NCBI RefSeq assembly: GCF_009834535.1
Contig: NC_045697.1
Location: forward strand, 116,128,001-116,192,000
DNA: 64,000 nucleotides
From: Camelus ferus
Taxonomy: Eukaryota
Reading direction: 5' to 3'
The position numbers were made by a program, and so were the translations under genes. The notes beneath the pieces were generated by a model. It ran no database searches. It was not told the DNA's origin and was given only the letters and a program-made list of their open reading frames with translations. Of the stretch, positions 1-13,412 are shown in pieces. The stretch's first letter is position 1. The number at the start of each line of letters is the position of its first letter.

Positions 1-1383
1 GTTCCCCACGTGTAGTTTAAGTAATGGTCTCGCTCGTACCCGGAAAAATCATGAGTACAGTCGAGTGTCACGCCAACGGCCCTGTTAATAAAACCTGACC
101 ACAGAGGAGCCTCTCCATAACAGCCTTTCTCAGCAGTGAAGTTAGGTGTGAGGCCTGTCTTCTTTTCGGATCTGATCTGAAGGTACCACCAGCATTGCAT
201 GGTGAGGGGGCTGGGCGCTCAGCACAGCGTCAGGACACGCTCCCAGCACAGCCGCTGCCTCAGGACCAACCTGAGGTTCATGGGAAATGCGGGGCGACGC
301 CTTCAGAGTCATTTCGTCTCGGAAGACCTCGTGGCTTTAGTTAGTAATTCTGTTTATAATGATGAACAAAACCAAACTGTCCATCAACCTGGGCATCTAA
401 GCATTCTAACTCATGGCCTTCTGTCTATGAATTTTCAGTTTATCTCCATTTGCAAAGTTTAACATCTCAACCTTCCTAGAACACACGAAAGATCATTCCA
501 ACACCCTAGTACAACACTTGCACCCTAAGATGACACCCTAATGCAATAGTGATGCCAGGATGCAAAAACGGACATTTTAAAAATGCTTAGACTAGCTGCA
601 TCTAAGCTGCCTAAATGTATCTATGCATTTTCATTTGGGGGATTTAAATATATATATTTAAAACACATGAATTAGTGTGACGGCAGAAAACTTCCAATGT
701 GATATAAAAGCAGCCTGTGAGAACTCACATCCCTGAAACAGGAGGCTCGGATTAGGTGTGAGCCACAGAAAAGTGCTTGTCACAAGCAGCAGTAGCTGCC
801 TCGGGGATGTGAGCATGACAAACGCACGGCAGACTCGTGGGATCAATTAGAAAGAAGCAATACTTGGGGCATTAAAAAAAAAACCGTGTCTTCATCAGCG
901 ATTAATCCACGTTCAGAAGTCCACGAGTCCCACAGATGGTCATTACCAAATCAATAACCAAACCCTCCCTCCGTCCGCAAACCCACATGTGAATCCCTTA
1001 CTACACACGCCCGTTCCCAACAACCTTTTCACGCTCGCTCATTCAGTTCGACTAACAAAATATTTTTAAGAAACTATTCAAGTGTTAAGTGAAAGCCGAA
1101 CTGTCCAGCTTTAATTTCTGATTATCAAAAGCAGCTGCCCGATATTCCCCAGCGCCCGCGATCTTGCTTTACGTGAACTATTGGTCGCATTTAAATTTTT
1201 TCTTTTTTAAAACCACAGCAACATTGGAAGGACGAGCTCGCTGTAACTTACCCTCCCTCCTCCAAGCAGACTAGCCTAGCCTCTAAAAGCCCTGTCTTCC
1301 CTGCAGAGACAGCGATGATTCCCATTTTAAAGCAGTTCTCTATGACGTGCCGTGGAAACACAAGCAGTACCCGCACTACTTAC

Positions 1384-1443
1384 TGAGTGTTTCTCCTGCT
1401 GGCCCGTAACTCCATGGTTAGCTGGGGTTGCTAGTGGTTTCAT
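1384..1443 (-). CDS. RAPGEF2: RAPGEF2 alternative first coding exon of the classic short isoform (MKPLATPANHGVTGQQEKHS)
   Basis: ATG AAA CCA CTA GCA ... CAC TCA|gtaagt, 20 codons. Human reads MKPLAIPANHGVMGQQEKHS as recalled. Confidence 0.93.
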
Positions 1444-2302
1444 AATGCAGAAACGCACGCTGAACTGAGTCTGCACATCGTGTGCCAGTCTCTCGTGGAT
1501 GGCAAGTCACCCTTTACGGCATTAAATTAAGAGAAAAGAGAAAAAGAAAGAGAGGAGAGAAAAAAAAAGACGGAGGAGGAGAGCAGGCTGCAGCTCCAAG
1601 TGTCACTACTGGTGAGCTCAAAACCCACACACTTGTGGACCAGAAAAGGCAACCGAACGACCCTGCCCGGCCCCATTTCTATAACGCTGAAACTCTATCC
1701 ATCTTAGGCTACGACAAGACAGGAAACCTTATACAGCTCCCAGTCTTCCAAGAGAACAAGATCATTTCTGAGACTGAAGAACAAGAGGCAAAAGAAAAGG
1801 AAAGGAAAAAAAAAAAAAAAGCTAAAATGGCTGACTGCACACAGTCTCCCCTCCAAAAGGCTTCATACAGAAAGATACGAGTCAGGGCAGTGCAGGCACC
1901 GGTCCCCAGCATCCAGCCAAGCATGGTTAATACTCTTGTTTCATTTGCAATCGCACACACGGACCCCTCCAACCAAGAAAGAAAGGGAGGAAGAAGAAGA
2001 AAGGAAGGAAAGAATCAGGGCAGAGCGTGTGAATCGGGACCTCCTCCCTGGCAGCTGAAGATGCTGACGGAGTGCTGACCAGTGATCTCTGCCCCACTCC
2101 ACTAAACCAAGTTTGCACAATTAATCTCAGAGGCATGACACTGATGGACATTTAATCTAATGATGTCTGTCCCTCACACTCAGCACAAGCATGCCTGCCA
2201 GCACGGGAGCCACTCACGGAAACACGGCACATGCACACACACAAGCTCGAGCATCATGAGTCTGAATGCAACACACCGATATAATTACATTATTGTGCTT
2301 AC

Positions 2303-2356
2303 TTTGGAGGACCATGGCTGCAGGCAGTTGGCATAGCAACGCACAAGGAAAGCCAT
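2303..2356 (-). CDS. RAPGEF2: RAPGEF2 alternative N-terminal coding exon (MAFLVRCYANCLQPWSSK)
   Basis: Strong Kozak context ggaaATGG, 18 codons, phase-0 donor AAA|gtaagc. Matches a recalled RAPGEF2 isoform N-terminus. Confidence 0.82.
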
Positions 2357-2499
2357 TTCCTGGGTAGAGAGAAAGCTTCCTTCTCTAAATAAAAAATTCC
2401 TCTTAGGAAACAAACGGCATTGCTGCTTCCTGCAGAAAAGCAAGACACTGTAGTCTGTCTCTTAACCTGCAAGGCTCACACTCAATGCAGTTCTAGTGA

Positions 2500-2545
2500 T
2501 GTAAGTGGATTTCTCTCTCACCCTCCCTCTCCCTATATACACTGA
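2500..2545 (-). promoter_or_regulatory. Candidate core promoter of the MAFL exon (TATA-like box plus initiator)
   Basis: Minus strand TATATAGG starts at 2539. TCCACT (BBCABW initiator) has its A at 2506, 33 nt downstream of the box and about 150 nt upstream of the ATG. Confidence 0.4.
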
Positions 2546-3499
2546 AATATTCAGCTCAAATAGTCCTCACATTCCTTAAGGCTCGCCCCCTCCTCTCCTT
2601 AACCATTTCACTCATTAAGGTAGCGATGGACAATTCAGATAAAGTAACGAGCTCTTGCCTGTGTTCTATCAGCGGCTGTAGGTTAAGCAAGTCTCAGAGG
2701 GATGGGATCCATTGATTGCTGACTCCAAATAATATCACTGAAGACAGGGTGGGGAAACGGAGAGAGGACTTACTCGAACAGCTTTGAACTAAAATACGGT
2801 CTTTCACCAAGGTGAAGGCACGAGGGTAGACGTGACCCCTTCCCCACCCTCAAATATCCCTGTGCTCGAGGAAACAAGTGTCCACCCAAAATTCACAAAA
2901 TGCACATTTAAGAGGCTTTGTATCAATTCAGAAGATGTGATTTTCACAAACACCCATGCACATGCACACACATGTACACTCACACAGCGCCTTGCAAATA
3001 ATATCAAAATAAACCCACTTGGGCTCTTAAAAAAAAAAAGAAACTGAATCAAACTTCTTTTAGAGGTAGGAAGCTGACATTTAATAAGGCTATGTCACTC
3101 TACCACAAACTCTTAATTTTACCCAGGTTCGTAGGTTATTTGAAGAGACAGCATTATAGTCGGCATTTCAACGCTGAAGCACTGGTCAGCTGCTCATAGT
3201 CACGTCCTTCTATAAATTGTATACAGAACAGAAAATAGATATGGAGAATCTAGCAACTTGAATAACTGGGAAATCGCGAGAGCTTGCTAACTTGTGTTTC
3301 TATCTACCTACCTAACACCACACCCGCCCCGTTAATTCTCCTTCCTTTCCCCTCACATCTAAAGCAGCCATTCCCTCCACATCCATGTTTCGGACCCTAT
3401 TCCCCCCCACTCCACACACCCCTTTCAGACTGCTGCTACCCCTGTCCCATTTCTCCCACGTGTGTTCAACCTCTCCTCCACAATGAGACGCTCTCGGCA

Positions 3500-3975
3500 C
3501 TGGCTTTTAAATATGTTTAGGTCTTTCCCATCTCAAAAACAAAGCAGAAAACCTTCCCCAGATTCCACATTCTCCCATGACTACAGTCCAACCTCTTTCA
3601 CAGGCAAATCTCTCCAGAATCACCTACACGGGGTTCCATCATTCCTTCACCCCACTGACTTCTCAAAGGAAGGACCACCAGGGTCCTGTTGCACAGTTGC
3701 GACATCCTCAAGTGACCCTGCACACCTTTCTCCATGTCCAATCCATCACAATATCCCACTAATTAAGTTCTCTACCTTTTCTAAAATTCAGATTTCTCTC
3801 CGTCTCTACTGCTATCGTACCACTTCAAACATTATTTTTTGCCTTGAAAATTGCAAAAAGTCTCCTTAATGAAGTGTCTGGATTTAGTTCTAACCTCATC
3901 CACTCAACGCATTTGACATTCTGCCTCTGAGATCTTTTAAAAATGAAAACCTGGCCATTTCAACCTAACCCACTG
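3500..3975. mobile_element. Decayed L2-like LINE relic
   Basis: Pyrimidine-rich segment with L2-like phrases such as ctctactgctatcgtaccactt, ttgcaaaaagtctcctta and atcttttaaaaatgaaaacctggcca. Confidence 0.4.
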
Positions 3976-4544
3976 AGCTCCCCGACTTTCAAATTAAGAC
4001 GCATCAGTGGCCTCCCATGGTTCTCAGCACACAGGCTGCAACTCTTGTTATAGCCTGCAAGACGCACATGTTTTCAAGACCTGCCCCGTATTCACCCCCT
4101 CCAGGTCGCCTGGGCTGCTCCTGCTTCCTGGAGTGGGCAAGAGGCCCTTTTCACACACTGTTGCCCCATCTGGACTCCCACCCCAGCTCTCAGCACACAC
4201 TGGCGAGATGCCATCCAGCTACCACGATATCGCCATGGCTACCCACACATACCACCAACACATTACCATGGCACTGTGTATCGCTGCCCCATCATGCTGT
4301 GTGTACACTTAATCATGAAGTTACTTAAGCAGTTAGTACCTGCTCCCGTTGCTACACTCTGCTCTCCGCGATGTCCGGCGCCATGTTTGTCTGTGTGCCA
4401 CCGGACCTGCAGTGGCCAGAAGACTGCATGCTGTACACACCCACATTCTGTGAGTGACTCAACTCCCAAAGGACCGGGAATGGACATTAGCAAGACCATA
4501 TTTGATCTTATAAACTAGTTCCTATCAAAATCCCAAGTTTTTTT

Positions 4545-6030
4545 TTTTCCTACAACAGACAAAGGATATATTTAAAAGCAAATGGTGCTGATCTTTGACA
4601 AAAGAGAAAAGACAGTACAATAGAGCAAAGACAGTCTCGTCAACAAATGGTCCCAGAATAAGTGGACCTCCACATGTGGAAGAAAAAAAAAAGTCTAGAA
4701 ACAGTCTAGACACAGACCTTCCACCATCCACAAAAATTAACTAAAAAAGGATCATAGACCTAAAGGTAAAACACAAACTATAAAATTCCTACAAGATAAT
4801 AAGAGAAAATGTAGATGCCTTGGGTATGGTGATGACTTTTTAGATACAACACCAAAGATATGGTTCAAGAAATAACAAATAAGCTGGACCTCACTAAAAT
4901 TAAAAACTTCTGCTCTGTAAAGGATGGTATTATGAGAATTAGAAGACAAGCCACAGACTGGGGAAAAATATTTGCAAAAGACACATCTGATAAAGGACCC
5001 TTACCCAAAATATACAAAGAACTCTTAAAACTCAACAATAAGACAAAACTTGATTTAAAAAATGGGCCAAAGACCTTAACAGAAATCTCACCAAAGAAGA
5101 TACACAGATCGGTAACACGCACAAGAAAAGATGCTCCACATCATCCCTCATGAGGGAATGCAAATCAAAACAACGAGACACCACTGCACACCCATTAGGG
5201 AAGTCAGAATCTAAAACACCGACAACACCAAGTGCTGGCGAGGATGTGGAGCAACGGGAACTCTCATTCACTGCTGATAGAAAAGCAAAATGGTGCAGCC
5301 ACTTTGGAAGACAGTGTGGTGTTTTCTTACAAAGCTGAATAAACTTCTACCTGACTACCCAGCAACCTCACTGCTTGGTGTACACCCAAAGCAGCTGAAA
5401 ACTTATGTCCACACAAACACCCGCACAGAGGTATTTACAGCGGTCTTTTTCATAACTGCCAAAACTTGGAAACCACCAAGATGTCCTTCATGTATAAATA
5501 AACTGTGGTGTGTCAAGACAAGGAAATATTATTCAGCGCTAAAAAGAAACCAGCTATCAAGCCACGAAAAGACAGAGACTTTAAATGCATAATACTAAGT
5601 GAAAGAAGCCAATCTCCAATGCTACAGACTAGGTATGATTCCCACTATATGACATTCTGGAAAAGGCAAAACTATGCAGACGAGAGATCAGTGGTCGCTG
5701 TGAGGGGTGAGAGAGGGTACAGAGACGGACAGGTTGAGTGCAGAGGAATTTCAGGGCAGAGAAAACACTCTGCATGATATAGTAATGATGGAAACACGTC
5801 ATTATACATTTGTCCAAACCCACCTGTACAACATCAGGAGTGAACCCCGAGGAAAACTATAGATTTTGCACGAATATGATACGTCAATACAGGTTCATCC
5901 TTGGTTTAGAAAAAATAAAAGTACCATTCTAGCGAGTGAGCCTCCGTATCTGCGTGGGCAGAGATGGATGGGAAATTTCAGTATCTTTTCCTCAATTTTG
6001 CCGTAAACCTAAAACTGCTCTAAAAAAAAT
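4545..6030 (+). mobile_element. Old L1 (L1MC-like), ORF2 C-terminus plus 3' UTR, 5'-truncated
   Basis: Broken ORF2 peptides KIKNFCSVKD...RQATDWGKIFA and VQPLWKTVW...TAKTWKPPRCP; 3' UTR motif tatgacattctggaaaaggcaaaactat. Confidence 0.9.
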
Positions 6031-6039
6031 TGTCTTACG

Positions 6040-6370
6040 GAATAAAATTCTCCTGCAAGCTACAAGGAGAAACCTTGAAGACACTATGCTAAGTGCAATA
6101 ATTCTGTCACCAAAAGACAAGCACGGTACGATTCCGCTGATCTGAAGTCCCCAGGGCAGTCAACTTCCCAGAAGTGGCGGGGATGGTGGGTGTCAGGGGC
6201 TGGGGACGGGAAGCGAGGAGCTGTGTTTAATGTGCGCGGAGCTCCAGCTGGGGAAGTCCCAGCTCCAGAGACGGACAGTGGCGATGCCTACATAAGGTTG
6301 GGGATGTATTTAACGCCACTGACTGTACACTTAAACATGGTTGGAAAGGCTAAATTTTAGTGTTACACGC
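6040..6370 (+). mobile_element. Old L1 (L1MB-like) 3' end fragment
   Basis: aaccttgaagacactatgctaagtg ... gccactgactgtacacttaaacatggtt. Confidence 0.75.
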
Positions 6371-6785
6371 AATTGATGACACACCCAAGTGAAAAGGGCG
6401 ACCCAAGAACTAAATCATCAAGGTCTATACCTGTCACCCATTGAGCCCGTGTCCCAAGTGTCCCTGTGGCAGAAGTTCCTCTCCAGGAGGGTTTAAGTCA
6501 AATCAGCCCCATGTTGACGGGGGCCCACCTTTTAGATGAAGGTTCGTCTGTCTCTGCTGCTCATGTCTCCAGAAAAACGTGATACTTCTCTGCAGAAGGA
6601 AAGTTGCCTAATAGGGGAGGCTGACAGGTGAAGTGGAGAACCACACCCCTGCCAGGCGCCCCTGCCGTTCTGTGTTGAGACTCATATGATTTCTCTCGCC
6701 CCCTGGCCTTGTGCCCAAAACCTACATATTTTAAAACTCATGAGTGCAATACCTAAATTTTGCCACCCATTCTACTCTGTACATT

Positions 6786-6936
6786 TCTGTTTTTTTTTTT
6801 TAACGTTTCTTTTTTTTGGGGGGTAGGTAATTAGGTTTATTTGCTTATTTATTTTTAGAAGAGGTACTGGGGATTGAACCCAGGACCTTGTGCGTGCTAA
6901 GCATGCTCTCTACTACTTGAGCCACACCCTCTCCCA
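6786..6936 (-). mobile_element. Camelid tRNA-derived SINE (vic-1-like)
   Basis: Reverse complement of the gctcaagtagtagagagcatgcttagc...cctgggttcaatccccagtacctc core, A-rich tail, TSD tgtacatt. Confidence 0.9.
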
Positions 6937-9900
6937 ACCTTGTACATTGAAATACAATTATACCAGGTTACTATGTGCCAAACACTGCTTAAGAAATGAA
7001 ATACAAACTGGAGATTTAAGAGGATCCCATAGTATAGATTTTACACAAACATAAATCACACTGAGCCTGAATTTGGGGTATGTTTACCCTATTCCTTAAC
7101 CACCTGGATTCAGCAAGTAGCATTAAATAAATCCAGCTAGAAAAAGGACAATGTGACAACTTGCTGCCTGTGTTAGGAACATCTAATGACTTGCAAATTA
7201 TCAGTAACAAAGACCCAAAAGATCGAGATTACATACACACTTCAAGAAATTACTTAATGTAAAACCTTCCCAAGCTACAGTGAGAACCACTGCATTCATT
7301 CACTTTTTCCAACTAAAGTATTCCTTTTCTAATTACCATGAAATTGAGAAAAATGGTCTGTTCTCAGTAATTATTAACCACATTTACGATTAGTATGTGT
7401 TTATTTATTTATAATATCTATAGTGTTTATCCATAGATCTCCATTTGCTTTACAAACATTTCATTAAGCTTGGTCAAAACCCAAGGGAATCAATAAAATA
7501 AAGTATTCATCTTTCATAGAAAAATAAACTGTATAGGATTAAAGAGTTCGTACACGAAATAGAACTCCGGGTTTCTATTTCATTTCCTTTACTTACTCAC
7601 TATCCAGATACTGATTTTTTCCTCTCTTCCCCCTACCCTAGAGGAAAAACTACAGCGGTTGGAGGAAATCTGTGGGAGAGGCAGGAAGAATTTCTTCTTC
7701 GATACTGGGAACAAAATATTCTACAAATTTGATTCCCAATGTTTTACTGTTCACCAAAGAGAAGACATTTAAAGACGCTATTTTCTATATGACCACACCA
7801 AATCCATTAAGTACTAAGCCAACGCAAAATACAGTTACCGTGCTCAGTATGGTCAGAAGTTTCACTTCTCTTTTCCTAAACCCAATACATCCCTCTATTA
7901 GCATTATGATATCTTTCTTCAAAAAATATGATGATCTGACAAATTCTTCACATTGTAACTCAACTCTACGTTTCACATCATCTAGCCCAGCCCCAGGGAA
8001 ACTTCAGACAGGTGCTCCCCCCACCCCACTACACGCACACACCCCCTCCTCACAGAGGAGATCCAGGCTAGAATTTTTTTTTTCTACTTTGACCAATAAA
8101 ACAGTACTTCACATTCATTATCAAAATTATTTAATTATGAAATAAAAGGAGAGATACCAACACCAGGCCTGATACATAATAAGTGTTGAATAAATGTCTG
8201 AGTTTAATTTAAATACGGGCTTTAGAAATACTAGGAATCGTGACTTGAATTAGCACTTTGTATCAGAAAGAGCTAACTGAGAGTCCAAGAAAGATCACCC
8301 AGCTACACTCTAAAGACAGGTTCCAAAGATATCCTGGGGCTATTTTTTCTTTAATAACAAAGTACCTGACTACAAACTGCTTATGTTGCACCTGACTCCT
8401 AATTGGAGCACTAATGTAACCTACCTGTAATAACCATGCTCAATATTTACACGGACCGTGTTAGAAGAGGAAGATTAAAGAATGGCACGAAATGGAGACA
8501 CGCAGAAAAACCAATAAAAATAAGCCTGTAAATCGGTAAGAAATTCCAACACAAAGATTTGGGGTTTTCAAAATGCACTTATTTGAAAAACAAACAGACT
8601 TTAACGGCTGATTTAACAAAGCTTACCTCATTCCCCAGAACCTGTTTTAAGAAAAGACCAGACTTCATCTCCAAACACTCAAGGTTCAGAGGCGGAGTCC
8701 TTGCACATGGGCTGCAAATCATTTCACCGCTTTTTCTCAGGGCCGGGCCTCAGCGTGGCTCCTGACTTCAGTATTTCATTGAGCAACATTCCAAATGTTA
8801 ATAGAGATGGCTATCTTTATTACTAATTTGGCATGTGACCTACTCCCTTATGATGAATGTTTGCACGAGCACCATAAATTGTTAATTATCCCTTTATTTT
8901 TAACACAAAGAGAAATATTGGCCAGAAATATTGGAATATGGAATGTAATACTGGAAATACGGGAATGTAAGTGCACTGAAGGTGGGGACTGCACCACGTT
9001 ATTTTATTTCTCTGATACTGTTGGTGATAAATTATGTTTCATCCCTAGTACTCCACACACAGCAACTGCTCAAAGAATGAAGGCAGAAGTGATTCCACTT
9101 AAACTTTTTCAAAAGTAAGCTGTGAAGTATCATCACGCTGGCTTTAGGATGAGGAGACAGGCAAAGGGCAGTTAGTTGTGCAACCTGAAAAGATGTCCAA
9201 TGTGCCTGCTGACAAAATTCGGTGTTTTAAACAACTTGGCAGGTGCAAAGGGCAGGTGAAAATCAGCAAATCTAAATGTAATGGGGATAAATACAAACAC
9301 CTCCAGGTGCACCATGCAAACGTCACTCGTGCAAGCACAGGGCGGGGAGATGACGCTGGAGGCCTGATTCACGGTGGGGCGGGTGGAGGCGGGAAGGGTT
9401 ACTGGTGAGAGCGAGCAGGCCTAACACGCTATGCGAGTCGATGCATGAGGACTTAACGCCCTAACGTCACGTCAGGCCACACCCAGACACACAAGGTCTG
9501 GGCAGGGAATATGGGAGGTTCTGCTGCAGCCTGCACTGCAGGGCCTGGCAGGGCTGTCTGTACTTCACAGCAGCCCGCCCACAGTGAGTAACTGTGACGT
9601 CCCAAACGGCAGAAAACCTGCATGATTAAGGTGTTCAGAAAAGTTCTAAGAAGTGAGGAATGTGTAACCTGGAGAAGAGGCTTAACGGAGCAGGTCTCTT
9701 TAAATAACCTGCAGCACAGTTACATGAAAATGGAATGTGAATATTCATTTGTGTTGCTTTAAAAGATACCTAGAACCATAAACAAAACTGACAAAGAGGC
9801 AGAGTTCAGCTAAACATCAGGAAGTTTCTTCAGAATTAGAATTAGGTCTTTCCTACAATAAACAAGAACCACTGAGATGTACAAAACCCTCACTTTGTAC

Positions 9901-12900
9901 CAGGCAGTAGGGGACAATCTTGACACATGTGATGTATGGACTGTCCTGCCAATATCAGTGCTAAGTGTAATTAAAGATCTTAGAGCAGAGGATGCCAATG
10001 ATGATGCAGAAAAAATAAATAAATTGTATTTAGTGGATTGACTGGGAGACTCCTCAAATCTTTTCAAGTTAAGGTCATCTTATGGGAACACGGCTGTTTC
10101 CAAACATGGGCTGCAGCAAGGTGGGAGGAGGGGTAAAATGGCTCAGAACGACAGAAGGAGAGAGGCCAGCTGAACGGAACTGAATCGACCACGGGATAAG
10201 ATTTCCTGGTGGTAACTTCCCTTTATTCCGAGATCCCTATCATCCTTCTTTGGTGGTTGGAGAGGGATAATAAAATGCCCTTACTTCTTAAAAATAACAG
10301 TAATAACCAAACAATAGTTTAGAGGTTTTCTTTTTATCATCCCTCACTTTGCAAATTCAGTGTTTCCAAACTTAGAAAAAGGTAAGTAAAGGGTGATTTT
10401 CTTAATGGTGGCAATCATCTGAATTACTCAAAGTTGTACATAACTAGAAATTCAGTTTTATAGAAGGTTTTTAACCCCTCTGAAATCATTTAATATATGT
10501 TTTCAATATTATTAAATATCACCAACACACTTCCAGTGTTTTCTGGTGCAGAAGCTAATAGTTTCAAGATGACTTTTTTTCCTTTAATCTCTAAAAACGA
10601 CTATTTATAGACAACTCTAAGTTGTGCTGGTTCATTAGTCGTACTCACAAAAGATCTTCTAGCAAGATTTGGCTTGTTACTTACAATATGAGTGGACCCA
10701 ACATTTAAAATACACTAATTAATGACACAGTCATCCTTTGTTATGTAATGGTGCTAATTAGCACTGAAAACCCTTTTCTGTATTGGGATGAGGTAGAAAG
10801 GTTAAAAGGGGAAACAATGCTGTGCTTTATTGGTGAGAGATGCAAGGTTCAAAAAGGGAAAACCTAATTGCAACAGAAAAGACTGACGAGTCAATCGAAG
10901 CCCAGCCCACACTCTGCTCCATCTCTTTCAAAGGTACTTAACAGGTCGGCATTAAAGTGGCTGAATTATTTAATATCTCTCTTTTAGATCAAACTTAAAG
11001 TGTAAGTAACATAAAAGCAATACATGTTAAATTCACTTTTAAAATATCCTGATTTTATGTGTCGAGAACAGAAAAGACCTGTGTCTTTGTTTGGCTCTGC
11101 CTGAGGGACCATGAACGTTGAACATGTCACTTGACACGATGACCTTAGGATGTTTCTCTCCTAACTGGAGACACCATCACGGAGCCTTCAGAACTGTAGA
11201 AAGTTCTGACTGACGAAACATACGGAAAAAACAGCAGCCATCTGGTATATATCATAAGCCTTCAATAAGGGTCAACGTTACTCCTTCCAAGATAGTCTAA
11301 AAACTCAAGTAGCACTGAAGGGTTGGCCAACCCCCTCATTAACGCCGGACAGACGGCCGGGATTAACCTCCTTACGCAGATAACCCTTGTATAGAATTGT
11401 TAACGCAGGCGGATCTATGATGCCTCTGCTAGAAATATTAAGTGATGCTAATTCTGGGAGTTGGCTCCAAAGACAGCAGCACAGAACCAAGATACTGCTG
11501 ACCCGCTGCTGCAGGAGCACAGCCCTGTGCACAAGGCACACAATGACCAGCACGTGAGATGCTACGAGCTTTCAAAGACTCAAGTGACCCTGCAGGAATT
11601 TAATTTTTAACAAACACGTTCTCATTTTTAAAATCTGATGTCTTCAAACAAATAGCAAAAGGTGTAAGTTTTCACAATGATCCAATAATCTCCATTGTAA
11701 AAGAAAAGGGGCAGGTTTTATACAAGGCAGCATTCATCCACAGACTTCACTACTAGGAACAGAGCTGGGACCGCCCCTCTGATGTCATTAAATATATTCC
11801 AGACAGGAAATGCTTCCAAGTAAATTTGCCTGGAAAATAATTAAATATAGACGATTGTCTGAACATAGAAAATATTTTAGATGCCACAGAAATTTTTTAA
11901 ATGTTCTCTTGAACAAGGAGCCAGTCGCCCAGTATGACCACATGAGCTTAACATGACATATTCCATCTTCCTTTTCATAAATGAATAAACAAACCACACA
12001 TCTGATGTCTCCCTCTCCTTAAAAACTCTGAGAAGGCAGAGTATTTTACCCATTCATATTTTAGTTGCACTCTGAAATTTTCAATTACTGCCATGCTGAT
12101 ATTTTAAAAGGATAATACTAGAATATTTAATTGTATGTATCAGACAATTACAATTATTAGAACTGCTCACAACTGGCCCGGAGATTTATCTCCTGATTGT
12201 GCCCTCAAGTCACAGTTCACAGTATGAACACATAACCATAAACCTATAATGAAACACTGAACAGAGTAAGGAGCCTTCACGCATTCGTTCTACACTTGAC
12301 TCCAAGACAAAATGGGACAGGACAGGAAACAAGAAATCAGGTATGACCTTCAGAAATCATCCTGGTTAGTTCAACAGTGTGGTAGACATAAGCAAAATGT
12401 GCTGGGCATTATATGAAATGCTTCCTAAAAAACTCCCTTAGAGCAAACATACAACAAAACCTGTTTTTCCTGATGGCTTGTATTTTACGGGTAACGTAAA
12501 GCAAAATAAAATCTGCTGGACCAAAATTTTTAAACATACCATTCGATACAGTGGGATTTATAAAGACAAAATCCAAAACTAGTAAGATATTAACATTACA
12601 CAAAATAGTAGAAAGCATGGCATTTACAATAAAGGTAAAAGTACAGTAGGGAAGAAAATGAGACCAGTATTAAAAGGGGAAATTTCTCTAAGTGAGAGGT
12701 GATGCATGAATCCGCTGTGACCACTAACCCCACAGAATATTCCCGCTCATCTCAGCTTTTACCAAAGCACCCCCACCGCCTGAGACCCGGGAGCAGGGGC
12801 GCCACTTCAGCCCCTCCTGAAGGCAGCTCTGCCCTTCCAGACAGTCTCCTGCAGCAGCTGACGGCCGACCCACACATTCCCAGCGCACAATCCTGAGTAC

Positions 12901-13307
12901 CGAGTCACACTCTGTGATGACAAGGGGAACTGGCCACTAGTGTCTCAACAAAAGCAAGACAAGTGGAAACATCTGAAAACAGCATATTTATTTAGACAAA
13001 AAGAGCCAGTAAAAAGAGAGAGAGAGAGAAAGCTACTCAAAGTAGAGCCTAACAAAGACAGAATCCTGGAAAAACAGTACGAAGGTTTGAGAAGAAGTTT
13101 TAAATACATTGCTAGGTATTGGTTATTTATTTTGCACTATCAAACGGAAACAATTTATAATAGATCACCCAAAAGATGTTGTTGAAACTACTGAGGGTGG
13201 TGATATTCTTTGGAGGGTATGTGGGTGGGTGAGGATAGCAAACACTATCTTATCGGTATTAGCGGAAAACCAAAAGCTCACTTTTAAAGGTTACCCAGTA
13301 TCAGAGT

Positions 13308-13412
13308 GGCGGGGTATAGCTCAGTGGTAGGGTGCATGCTTGGCGTGCACAAGGTCCTGGGTTCAATCCCCAGTGCCTCCGTTAAGGGGGAATAAAATTT
13401 AAAAATAAAAAA
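13308..13412 (+). mobile_element. Camelid tRNA-derived SINE (vic-1-like)
   Basis: A box tagctcagtggta, B box gggttcaatccc, A-rich tail, TSD taaaggttacc (13285-13295 and 13413-13423). Confidence 0.92.

Noticed and set aside
1482..2078. 198-aa plus-strand ORF
   Set aside because: Non-ATG start, Lys/Glu/Arg low complexity from purine runs, antisense to the RAPGEF2 promoter/leader, no recognisable homology.
11366..11376. Shine-Dalgarno-like TAAGGAGG on the minus strand
   Set aside because: No start codon at the proper spacing, and the context is mammalian intron.
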